This document shows, one piece after another, positions 44,063-52,264 of a stretch of 64,000 nucleotides of DNA; positions within the stretch are counted from its first letter, which is position 1; each line of letters begins with the position of its first letter. Below the pieces are notes generated by a model. It worked only from the letters and a program-made list of their open reading frames with translations, made no database searches and was not told where the DNA came from. The translations under genes and the position numbers were made by a program. Origin of the DNA: Clostridiales bacterium (GTDB lineage: Bacteria > Bacillota > Clostridia > Monoglobales > JAIRYP01); assembly GCA_031267755.1 (NCBI GenBank), contig JAIRYP010000014.1, positions 2,938 to 66,937 on the forward strand, given 5' to 3'.

Positions 44063-45288
44063 AAATTTTAGAAAATAAGTTGAGTTTTAGATATTTAAGT
44101 TATAATGAAATATTCAGACATTTTAAAAGGATTAAAATTTGTTTTAACAAAGATTTTGGGCAAGCAGTTGATGTCTTTGGCACAACGTTAGAAAATTTAC
44201 TAGGTAATTTTACGTCAACACAAGAAGAATTAAATTTACTTGAAGAGGCTAAGATTAAAGCGGTAGATATATTTATAAATTTACATAAAACTTCTAGTGC
44301 ATATGAACAACAACTTTTTTTTGAAAAATATGATGAAATTAAATTACTAAATTTAGAAATTGAAAATGCAAAACATATTTTGAAATATTCAAAGTCTAGG
44401 GGTGTAGGAGATAATCTTGAAAATGCTATATTGAAGATGACAAAATCTTTAAAAAATTATGAAAACACTTCAAAGGACCTTAGTGTTAAGCCCGACGAAG
44501 GCGCACTCAATATTGAAGCGATTAATAGTCGATATGTAGCCGCAACCGAACTTTCAAATGCCATAGTTCTTTTGCTACGTGAGAAATATATTACACATTT
44601 TGAAGGCTTGTTATTAGACCGAGAAAAATTTTTAAAAGAAGATGAAGAATTTCTTAGTTTATATGGAGAAAAATTGACGAACGAAGAACGATTGTTGTAC
44701 GAAGAAAAAATAAAAATTGATTCTGATTTTATAGAGGCCATAAAAGAAGCTTCTAAAATAAGAGATGAGGAAACAGAAAATAATTTAGAAAAAAGTAGGA
44801 TTATGCATGTGAAAATGTATGAAGAAACGGAACATATATACGAAAAATTTCTTCACTTTCAGTTTAGTTCAAAAGTTGCTGAAACTCCACCATCAGCAGG
44901 TTCAAAAGCCGCTGAAACTCCATCTCCAGAAGGTTCGAAAGTTGTTGAAACTTCACCTCCAGAAGGTTCGAAAACTAGTAAAACTCCACCTCCAGAAGGT
45001 TCAAAAGCTAACAAAGCTTCACCTCCAGCAGGTTCAAAAACCAATAAAACTTCACCTCCAGTAGATTCAAAGTCTGATGAAACTTCATCTTCGGTAGATT
45101 CAAAAGCTGTTACTCCGGCAGAGTTAGAAGCTGGTGAAACTCCGTCTTTCCCCCTTTTTTCAAAAAGTCAGAAAGATCCAGAACTTTGCTTCGAAGATAT
45201 GTTTGACCTTAGAGCAAACGAGTTATTATCTCGTATTTTAAAAAAAACTCATATTAGTGTTCAGGGTGAAAGATTAGTAAAAAAATAA
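44059..45288 (+). CDS. Hypothetical protein with seven 11-aa Pro-rich tandem repeats near the C-terminus
   Basis: 409 aa. A helical N-terminal part is followed by [x-x-E/K-T-P/S-P/S-P-E/A/V-G/D-S-K] seven times. It then ends ...RANELLSRILKKTHISVQGERLVKK. Confidence 0.75.
   Translation: MKILENKLSFRYLSYNEIFRHFKRIKICFNKDFGQAVDVFGTTLENLLGNFTSTQEELNLLEEAKIKAVDIFINLHKTSSAYEQQLFFEKYDEIKLLNLEIENAKHILKYSKSRGVGDNLENAILKMTKSLKNYENTSKDLSVKPDEGALNIEAINSRYVAATELSNAIVLLLREKYITHFEGLLLDREKFLKEDEEFLSLYGEKLTNEERLLYEEKIKIDSDFIEAIKEASKIRDEETENNLEKSRIMHVKMYEETEHIYEKFLHFQFSSKVAETPPSAGSKAAETPSPEGSKVVETSPPEGSKTSKTPPPEGSKANKASPPAGSKTNKTSPPVDSKSDETSSSVDSKAVTPAELEAGETPSFPLFSKSQKDPELCFEDMFDLRANELLSRILKKTHISVQGERLVKK
44875..45105 (+). 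repeat. Seven tandem 33-bp coding repeats
   Basis: The units are gttgctgaaactccaccatcagcaggttcaaaa, gccgctgaaactccatctccagaaggttcgaaa, gttgttgaaacttcacctccagaaggttcgaaa, actagtaaaactccacctccagaaggttcaaaa, gctaacaaagcttcacctccagcaggttcaaaa, accaataaaacttcacctccagtagattcaaag and tctgatgaaacttcatcttcggtagattcaaaa. Confidence 0.92.
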
Positions 45289-45686
45289 TACAAGAAGATT
45301 TAAATTATTCACAAAAACAAAAAATTATTGATTTTGTTAATACTCTTAGTAAGCGCGATAGAAAACTTGTTTTTGGTGATATAATGACTTTTGAACGCGA
45401 ATTGAATTCTCATAGTAAAATAATGGATATTATTTATGACGCATTTGATGGTTTTTGAAATGGCATTAGAGTTTTTTTTAATTTTAATTCAACCTGACGC
45501 TTCATAAAAAATAACCCTGAAGTTGGAGAATATGCAAAAAATTTAAACAAAAAAACTAAAATTCTAAAAGATAGTTATGAAACTGATGTTTATAAAGAGG
45601 CCGTTCAAAGCGCTTCAGGAAGTCAAAACAATCGAACGCATTTCAAATCTGGACCAAAATCAAAAACCAAACACCCAATTTTTTAG
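45270..45686 (+). pseudogene. Decayed 3' extension of the repeat-protein gene (one frameshift at an A7 run plus two in-frame TGA)
   Basis: The frame starting at 45270 is open to the TAG at 45684, apart from TGA at 45456 and TGA at 45495. It reads ...QEDLNYSQKQKIIDFVNTLSKRDRKLVFGDIMTFERELNSHSKIMDIIYDAFDGF*NGIRVFFNFNST*RFIKNNPEVGEYAKNLNKKTKILKDSYETDVYKEAVQSASG... One extra A in the A7 run (45279..45285) would join it to the 44059 ORF. Confidence 0.4.
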
Positions 45687-45820
45687 AAGATTTGTTAATT
45701 ATTTAATTCTTCATTTTTATTAATGTAACAAAAATTTATTTTGATCAGTAATTATTTTTGGTTTTTATTTTTATTATTCCTTTTAAGGCTTTTGCATTAT
45801 TTATTTAGAAATGATTCAAT

Positions 45821-47296
45821 TTAAGCAGTGAAAAATTGCGTGAAATAAAATGAAAACATTACCATTATTCCAATAACCGTTTCTAAAACAAGTGCGAGTT
45901 TTGGAGCGAAAAAGAATTTATAAATATAAACAATTAAGGTTGAGGCAACACAAAAAGCAAATGGTTTTGTTAAAGATTTTATTTTAAAAGAAAAAGATTT
46001 ATACTTACTAATTTTGTTTATTGTGAGCGTGCACATAAAAAATTCACTAATTATTACCATTAAAATAAATCCTTTTATGCCATAAATAGGAATTAAATAA
46101 AATATTATTAATATTCTTAAAGTTGATTCTAAAATGTTATATTTCAGCAAATTTAGTTGTTGTTCTAAAGCATTTAATATTGCACTTGAAATTAAATTCA
46201 AACACATAATTGGACAAATTAATGATAAGATTTTTAGCAAATATCCAATGTTATCTTTTCCAAATATAATTTTGGTTAACTCATCCGAAAATGAAAAAAA
46301 CATTCCAGATATGCCAATGCTTAAAATTAAAGTTATAGTATAAACTTTTGTTATTATATCGTTTGTTCTTTTATGATTTTTAATTGCACTTAATTTTGAA
46401 ATCTCAGGAGTAAGTGTCATAACTAATGGTGAAAATATAGTTAAAGAAAATGATAAAAGAGGGGTAATCATTCCATCAATTATTCCGAATTGACTCATAG
46501 CTTCAGAGTTTGACATCCCGTATTTTTTAAGACATGAAACTATCATAATGTCTTCTTGCATGTGAAGTATTGAACTAAAAAATGAGCTTATTCCAAGAGG
46601 AAATGAAGATTTTAATAATTTGATTGTTTCTAATTTATTATCTTGTTTAGAAGCCATAGTTTTACTATTTTGTAAAAAATAGAAAATTATCAAATAAATA
46701 AAAGCAAAAAATTCTCCTATCGCATAACCAAAAAACACTGATCCGCAAAGTTTTGAAAGATCTCTATTAATATTCAATTTTATTAAATAACTTATCGAAA
46801 CAATTTTAACGAATTGTTCAAGAAATTCTGAAATTGCAGGATTTACAATTTTTTCAATTGCATAAAAATAACCCTTTATACATGACGAAATAGTAACAAA
46901 AACTATGCACGGTGACAAAAATTTTATACCATTAAAAATTCTTTCATCCTTAAAAATTTTTAAAGTTATAAAGTTTAAATTTAAATTTACCAAAATTAAA
47001 ATGAAAATACTTGAAAAACTAAGTATTTTTAGCGCAATTTCAGAAATATTTTTTGCTTCTCCATGTTTATTTAAGGCTGTTTTTTCTGAAATTATTTTAG
47101 TTAATGTGCTTGATATGCCCATATTTGTCATTACAAGTAGTATGGAATAAAAAGTTAAAATTATCTGATAAAATCCCATACCCTCAGAACCTAATTTTTT
47201 TGAAATATAACTTCTAAATAGAAAATCTATAGTTTTTATTAAAAAAATTACTAAAGATAAAATTAAGGTTTCAATAAAAAATTTACTTTTTTGCAT
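45821..47296 (-). CDS. spoVB: SpoVB-like MOP-superfamily flippase (stage V sporulation protein B family)
   Basis: 491 aa with about 12-14 TM segments. The N-terminal pattern F..FRSYISKKLGSEGMGFYQIILTFYSILLVMTNMGISSTLTKIISE is typical of SpoVB/MurJ-like polysaccharide biosynthesis proteins. GAGGAGAAT RBS. Confidence 0.7.
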   Translation of the reverse strand: MQKSKFFIETLILSLVIFLIKTIDFLFRSYISKKLGSEGMGFYQIILTFYSILLVMTNMGISSTLTKIISEKTALNKHGEAKNISEIALKILSFSSIFILILVNLNLNFITLKIFKDERIFNGIKFLSPCIVFVTISSCIKGYFYAIEKIVNPAISEFLEQFVKIVSISYLIKLNINRDLSKLCGSVFFGYAIGEFFAFIYLIIFYFLQNSKTMASKQDNKLETIKLLKSSFPLGISSFFSSILHMQEDIMIVSCLKKYGMSNSEAMSQFGIIDGMITPLLSFSLTIFSPLVMTLTPEISKLSAIKNHKRTNDIITKVYTITLILSIGISGMFFSFSDELTKIIFGKDNIGYLLKILSLICPIMCLNLISSAILNALEQQLNLLKYNILESTLRILIIFYLIPIYGIKGFILMVIISEFFMCTLTINKISKYKSFSFKIKSLTKPFAFCVASTLIVYIYKFFFAPKLALVLETVIGIMVMFSFYFTQFFTA

Positions 47297-47351
47297 ATTC
47301 TCCTCGTCTTACAAGCATAATGTTAAAATATATTTGCTTATTGAGGAGAAT
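47297..47351 (-). promoter_or_regulatory. Possible RBS-sequestering hairpin in the spoVB leader
   Basis: On the minus-strand mRNA, ATTCTCCTC (47351..47343) is perfectly complementary to the RBS GAGGAGAAT (47305..47297), which abuts the ATG. The loop is 37 nt. Confidence 0.3.
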
Positions 47352-47579
47352 AGACTTTTTCTATTCAAACTTGAAAAATATTGGTTTTTAAAAGTTGAAA
47401 AAACAAGACTCACAAATTCACTGAATATTCATATTATAAAATTGTAATTAAAAGCATCGAAGAAAATGGATTGTTGATGGTTTTAATGGATGAAAATATT
47501 TTTCTGCCCAAATTATTTACTTGTACGAAAAACATAAATTTTAAAAGTAAAAAATTGCATTTTGGAGGAGGTGAAGCGT

Positions 47580-47693
47580 ATGTTTTTTGGCGGCGGTTGT
47601 GGAAACGATAACGGCATTTGGATAATAGTTTTACTATTAATTATTTGTTGCTGCTGCGGAAATAGCAATAACTGCGGATGCGGTGGTTGTTAA
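47580..47693 (+). CDS. 37-aa Cys/Gly-rich hydrophobic micropeptide (YjcZ-like sporulation peptide type)
   Basis: GGAGGAGGTG RBS 6 nt upstream of the ATG. Translation is MFFGGGCGNDNGIWIIVLLLIICCCCGNSNNCGCGGC, ending at TAA 47691..47693. It is below the ORF-track length cutoff. Confidence 0.6.
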   Translation: MFFGGGCGNDNGIWIIVLLLIICCCCGNSNNCGCGGC

Positions 47694-47879
47694 AATGAAA
47701 AATTGACCAACGTACGCCTCACAAATAAGTTAAAAACTTATTTGTGAATATTAAATTACATATTTGATATTACAAAAATACGCAAAAAATGTTTATTGGT
47801 TAAAACATATTTTGCAATACAAATATAAAACACATAACATAAAAAACTAAATATTATTTTTTTAAAATTTTGTGGGATA

Positions 47880-48430
47880 CGTTATTACGAAAATCTTGCG
47901 CCTTAGGTCTGGTAGGCTTTCCCAAAAAAATCACTATTTGTTGCCAATATAGTCGTTTCCGTTTAAGTTTTTTTGCGCAACGTTGCCATAAACGCGACCA
48001 GATTACCACTTAGGACACACTGCAATACGGAATACGCTTTATATCTCAGCCTAGGAGTTTTCCTCAGCAACTAAAATTAATTCTTAGCCCCTTTTGCAAA
48101 AATGGTTTCAGTTTGACATTCGCCAAATTCACTCAAGGCAGGCTACTCTACTCACAGTAGTAACCGCAAAATAGGTTTAATCCAAATACGTAATTGTTTT
48201 ATTAAAAATGAAATTAATTTATTTATCATTTACATATAATGGTCTCCACGGAAAAGGGGCTCTCTTTCGCATGCCATTGCAAAGTGCCCCTAAACCTTAA
48301 CTCCCAGCACCAGCCCAAGACTGGGCGTCAAAAGCCAAGCACAAGGAACTTCATCGATATGCCCTTCAACGGATTTTTAGGCCCGTCTTCAAAATCATTT
48401 TAGTTGACTAGGATACTGAATCCCAACTTT
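47880..48430. ncRNA. Unclassified GC-rich, ORF-free block; candidate structured RNA(s), strand unknown
   Basis: No track ORF of 60 aa or more on either strand. GC is clearly higher than the flanks. There are two GC-rich blocks (about 47880..48195 and 48241..48430) split by an AT-rich spacer ending in TATAAT (48235..48240). Hairpins seen by eye are GGGGC-UCU-CUUU-C-GCA-UGCCAU-UGC-AAAG-U-GCCCC at about 48265..48299 and GCCCA-AGAC-UGGGC at about 48312..48325. An alternative long-range partner GCCCGUCUU lies at about 48381..48389. Confidence 0.35.
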
Positions 48431-48472
48431 GTTAAGATATTGTATTTTAATATAAAATTCAATATTTTTTAA

Positions 48473-49045
48473 TTATAATCCAAATGCAGATAGATCCACC
48501 CAATCAGATATTAATACGAAAATAAGTGCATACATTACAATTGGATCTTCATCTTCGTTTTCTAAAAATAAAAGTATAAGTGAAATTAAAAGTAAATCTT
48601 CAGCTGAAAAAAAACCGAATATTTTTTTTGTTTCCCAATTGTATAATTTTTCAGGAATAAAAGATTTAAATATATTTTTTTTTCTTTGTTCCTTTTCTTG
48701 AAAATTTTCGTTATTTATTTTTTTTTCTTTTTTATATTTTTCTCGTGAACTTGGTCTTTGTTTTTGTTTTAAAAATTCATTTTCTTGTGTTCTACGGTAA
48801 TTTTCTTTTTGTGCGTAATTTTTATTTTTTGAATTTTTATAATTTTGAAAATTATTTTGAAAGTTTGATTTAAAGCTTTCTTGTTTGTGTTCATTATTTT
48901 TTTGTGTTTTTTGATTTGTTGAATATTTTTCAAATTCCCTTTCTCTCTTTTTTTCCATCGTATTAAAATTTTGATTTTTTTTGTCAGGATTTATGTTATT
49001 GTTTGGATTAATATTTGAGGAGTGCGATTGATAACGCCTGTACAT
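48473..49045 (-). CDS. Basic Asn/Lys/Gln-rich protein with a C-terminal hydrophobic segment, unknown function
   Basis: 190 aa. GGAGG RBS. The low-complexity N-terminal 130 aa are followed by FFSAEDLLLISLILLFLENEDEDPIVMYALIFVLISDW. Confidence 0.55.
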   Translation of the reverse strand: MYRRYQSHSSNINPNNNINPDKKNQNFNTMEKKREREFEKYSTNQKTQKNNEHKQESFKSNFQNNFQNYKNSKNKNYAQKENYRRTQENEFLKQKQRPSSREKYKKEKKINNENFQEKEQRKKNIFKSFIPEKLYNWETKKIFGFFSAEDLLLISLILLFLENEDEDPIVMYALIFVLISDWVDLSAFGL

Positions 49046-49057
49046 ATTAATCCTCCG

Positions 49058-49453
49058 TTAATTTGGCAAATCGTTATTTGAATTTTTCATGGTTTTTGCA
49101 ATTTGTGCAAGATTAATTATTTTCATTGCACTTTCTAATTTTTGTTGTCTGTTTTTTTTAAGATAAGGTTTCAAAGCCTTTAAAAAACTTGAATGTTTGT
49201 TGTTATGAAGACTAACTTGAGAGATCATTTTCTTAATTTTACCAATTGATTCAAAATCGAAGTTTTCGTTTTTGTTACTATATTTTTTATTTTCTTCAGT
49301 TTTTTCACTTTTTTTTTCCTCATTTGAGTTTTCATCCGATGAACCATTTGAAAATGTATCGATCATATTTTTTAATTTGCTTTGCCCATCTTCACTTGAC
49401 ATCATATGTTGAAGTTTTTCCATGGCATTTGAGAAATCAAAGCCCCCGCTCAA
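49058..49453 (-). CDS. Small hypothetical protein
   Basis: 131 aa. TTG start after GGGAG. The C-terminal block FLKALKPYLKKNRQQKLESAMKIINLAQI looks conserved-like, but I cannot name it. Confidence 0.5.
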   Translation of the reverse strand: MSGGFDFSNAMEKLQHMMSSEDGQSKLKNMIDTFSNGSSDENSNEEKKSEKTEENKKYSNKNENFDFESIGKIKKMISQVSLHNNKHSSFLKALKPYLKKNRQQKLESAMKIINLAQIAKTMKNSNNDLPN

Positions 49454-49489
49454 TTTTTCACGCTCCCATCATCTGCAAATAAACTAAAA

Positions 49490-49750
49490 TTATTCTGGAA
49501 GAATGTCTTTAATAATAGAATTTTTACTATTTTTAAGTTTTTGTGCAATGTTTGGATTTTCTTTTAATTTCTTTTTTATATCCTCCATATTTAGCTTTCT
49601 GAGTTCATTTTGTACAGTTGGATTGTTTGCATTTTTAATTGCATATTCAATTTGTTTTTTTTGAATAGGGTTAAAACATTCACTGATTTTTTCAAAAGCT
49701 TTTTGCAAATCTTCTTGTTTTGCATTTTTGAATATTGTTCCTAAGTCCAT
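49490..49750 (-). CDS. Small hypothetical protein
   Basis: 86 aa. GGAGG RBS. Helical and Lys-rich. Confidence 0.5.
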   Translation of the reverse strand: MDLGTIFKNAKQEDLQKAFEKISECFNPIQKKQIEYAIKNANNPTVQNELRKLNMEDIKKKLKENPNIAQKLKNSKNSIIKDILPE

Positions 49751-49840
49751 ACTTACCTCCGAATTTAATATGTAAATAGTTTTAAATTATTTTATGCAAT
49801 AGTTTTAAAAAAGTGATTTATAATCTTATATTTTTTAAGT

Positions 49841-50704
49841 TTATGTTTTTATTTTTTTAATCGCGTCTTTTTTAAAATTCAAGCACATTGAATAAATTTC
49901 TTTACTATTAAGATTGAATTTTTTTCTTACTTCATTAACAATATCTTTTGTATATGTCCCACAAGATAACATTTTATGAATTTGTTTTTTTGCTAATATT
50001 AAATTTTCTTCAATCTCTTCATTTTTATTTTTATTTGCTCCGTGAACAATTACAACGAATTCTCCCTTTGGTTTGATTTTTTTAAAATAATTTAATGCTT
50101 CCTCAATTGTTGTTTGAATAAATTCTTCAAATTTTTTTGTGATTTCTCTCGCAATCACAATTTTTCTATTTCCAAAAATAAGTTTCATATCCTCGAGTGT
50201 TTTAAACAGTTTGTGTGGGGCTTCGTAAAAAATAAGTGTTTTATTTTCATTTTTTATATTGTTTAGATGCGTTAATCTATTTTTTTTATTAATGGATAAA
50301 AATCCTTCAAAACAAAATCTTCCTGACGGAAGTCCAGATGCTACAAGTGCGGTTGTGAGAGCGCATGCGCCAGGAATTGAAATTATTTTTATAGATTTTT
50401 TCAAGCATAGTTTTACTAATTCTTCCCCAGGATCAGAAATTCCTGGAGTACCAGCATCAGTTATTAGCGCGATATTCATTCCAGATATGAGATAATTTAT
50501 GAGTTTTTGACCTTTTTTATGTTTGTTATATTCATAATAACTAGTTAATTTGTTATTTATTTTATGGTAGTTTAAAAGTTTGATAGAATGTTTTGTATCT
50601 TCAGCAGCTATTAAATCGACTTCTTTTAGTATTTTTATTACTCTAAGTGTAATATCGTCTAAGTTTCCGATGGGTGTTGGACATAAATAAAGCGTTCCTG
50701 GCAA
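49841..50704 (-). CDS. rsmI: 16S rRNA (cytidine1402-2'-O)-methyltransferase
   Basis: 287 aa. It starts GTLYLCPTPIGNLDDITLR...IAAEDTKHS and contains DAGTPGISDPG, the tetrapyrrole-methylase-fold RsmI pattern. Confidence 0.9.
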   Translation of the reverse strand: MPGTLYLCPTPIGNLDDITLRVIKILKEVDLIAAEDTKHSIKLLNYHKINNKLTSYYEYNKHKKGQKLINYLISGMNIALITDAGTPGISDPGEELVKLCLKKSIKIISIPGACALTTALVASGLPSGRFCFEGFLSINKKNRLTHLNNIKNENKTLIFYEAPHKLFKTLEDMKLIFGNRKIVIAREITKKFEEFIQTTIEEALNYFKKIKPKGEFVVIVHGANKNKNEEIEENLILAKKQIHKMLSCGTYTKDIVNEVRKKFNLNSKEIYSMCLNFKKDAIKKIKT

Positions 50705-50891
50705 TATATTTGGCTCCTTTGTTAAAAAATTATTTGTTACTATATTTTAACAGAGTTTGTATATGGTTAAATTTGAAGAATGGTTTTATAGTCTTCAAAT
50801 TTTGATTTGACAAAAGGATAATTAAAAAATAAAATCAAGCATTATTATTTCATAATTTAGTTGTTATTCAATTTTATGGAGGATTTAAATT

Positions 50892-52037
50892 GTGAAGATT
50901 AATAGTCACGTTTCAATAATTAAAAGTAAAACTAGATTTTTTATAGGTTCATTTTTTTTGGTTATGTTTTTTACTTTAGTTTTGGGAGTTTTGGTTTTAA
51001 AGTCAAAAATTAGATACGTCACAGTAATTGATGGCGACAAGAGCGTTGTATATATAACTTTTAAAAAAACTATTGGCGATGTTTTGGAGAAGGATTTTGT
51101 TTTAAATGCTGAAGACAAAATATATTATGATAATAAGGAATATTCATTAAAAGATGGAAAAGCTCAAAGTATAAAAAAAGAAATGATTATTAAAATTTTT
51201 CATGCAGTTCCAATTTTTATATCTTGCGATGGAAACAGGAAAAGGGTTTTAACAACAAAAAAAAAGGTTTGTGATATTTTAAATGAATCTATGTTTTTTG
51301 CATACGATAGAGACTTGGTTGTTCCTGGTTTGAATGAAATTGTTGAAGAAGATAGTGAAATTGTTTTAACTAGGATAAATGAGAATATCATATATGCGAC
51401 AGAGCCGATTGAATATAAAATTAATAAAAAAGAAACAAATGAATTAGAAATTGGAATTGCAAAAGTTGTTCAAAAAGGAAAATGTGGAACGAAAGAACTT
51501 GCATATAAAATACGTTATGAAAATGGCGATGAGGTTTTACGTAAATTTATTGGAGAAAAAGTAATTGAGGAAAGTGTTGATGAAATTATTGAAATTGGCA
51601 AGAGAGAAAAAGTTAATCGTTTTTTTGCATCAAAAACATATTGTCCAGAAAGATATTTTGCATCTTCAAATGGAGTTTTAACTTCCAGGGATGGTAGTAG
51701 TTTAAGATATAATAAAGTTTTAAATTGTGAGGCTACGGCATATGATTCGTCTTATAATAGTACCGGGAAGAGGCCTGATAATCCAGGATATGGAGTAACT
51801 GCTTCTGGCGAAAGAGCAAGATATGGCGTTGTTGCAGTTGATCCAAGAGTAATTCCACTTGGCACAAAACTTTATATAGAATCTTTAAATGGTGCCTGGA
51901 CTTATGGTTTAGCAACTGCTTTAGATACTGGAGGTGCAATAAAGGGAAATAAAATTGATTTATATTTTGATACTGAAAAGGAAGCTTTAAAATTTGGCAG
52001 AAAACAAGCTAGAGTGTTTTTTTTATATCAGAATTAA
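50892..52037 (+). CDS. YabE-like cell-wall protein (DUF348 - G5 - 3D domain architecture)
   Basis: 381 aa. GTG start after GGAGG and an N-terminal TM. G5-like segment IEYKINKKETNELEIGIAKVVQKGKCGTKE. C-terminal 3D domain ATAYD...TASGERARYGVVAVDPRVIPLGTKLYIE...ALDTGGAIKGNKIDLYF. Confidence 0.8.
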   Translation: MKINSHVSIIKSKTRFFIGSFFLVMFFTLVLGVLVLKSKIRYVTVIDGDKSVVYITFKKTIGDVLEKDFVLNAEDKIYYDNKEYSLKDGKAQSIKKEMIIKIFHAVPIFISCDGNRKRVLTTKKKVCDILNESMFFAYDRDLVVPGLNEIVEEDSEIVLTRINENIIYATEPIEYKINKKETNELEIGIAKVVQKGKCGTKELAYKIRYENGDEVLRKFIGEKVIEESVDEIIEIGKREKVNRFFASKTYCPERYFASSNGVLTSRDGSSLRYNKVLNCEATAYDSSYNSTGKRPDNPGYGVTASGERARYGVVAVDPRVIPLGTKLYIESLNGAWTYGLATALDTGGAIKGNKIDLYFDTEKEALKFGRKQARVFFLYQN

Positions 52038-52264
52038 TTTTTATTAAATTTTATTAGAATTTTATTTTTCGAAAGAATTTGTTTATAATTTTTCTGGAAA
52101 AAGTTCTTTGTAAAAGCTAGTATTTTTCGCTAAGTTTTAAAAGGTTTACATGATAGTGTTTGTTTCTTGAGATTTGCGGAACTCTAATTACAGGTATTAA
52201 AAATATATTTTGTTGCGAATCATTTGTTTTTTTTTGAATATAAAGGTAATGAGGAGGTAAGTTA

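Noticed and set aside
44819-45064. ORFs 44819..45064(+) and 44859..45044(-) with repetitive KLHLQKV / FEPSGG sequences.
   Set aside because: They are out-of-frame and antisense readings of the 33-bp tandem repeats inside the 44059..45288 gene.
45456-45497. Considered the in-frame TGA codons as Trp/Gly recoding (genetic code 4/25) or selenocysteine.
   Set aside because: dapA and other well-defined genes in the window terminate at TGA at their expected lengths. No SECIS-like hairpin is obvious after either TGA.
47880-48430. Tried to assign the GC-rich block to RNase P RNA, tmRNA, SRP/scRNA, 6S RNA, a T-box, common riboswitches or a group II intron.
   Set aside because: - RNase P: the only near-match is GAGGAAAACUCC instead of GAGGAAAGUCC, it is in the wrong position, and there is no ACAGAA.
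- tmRNA: no T-arm or CCA end and no tag ORF.
- SRP RNA: no GGAAGCAGC.
- T-box and B12: no T-box or B12 box.
- Group II intron: no GUGCG and no domain V.

The block is kept only as an unclassified RNA candidate.
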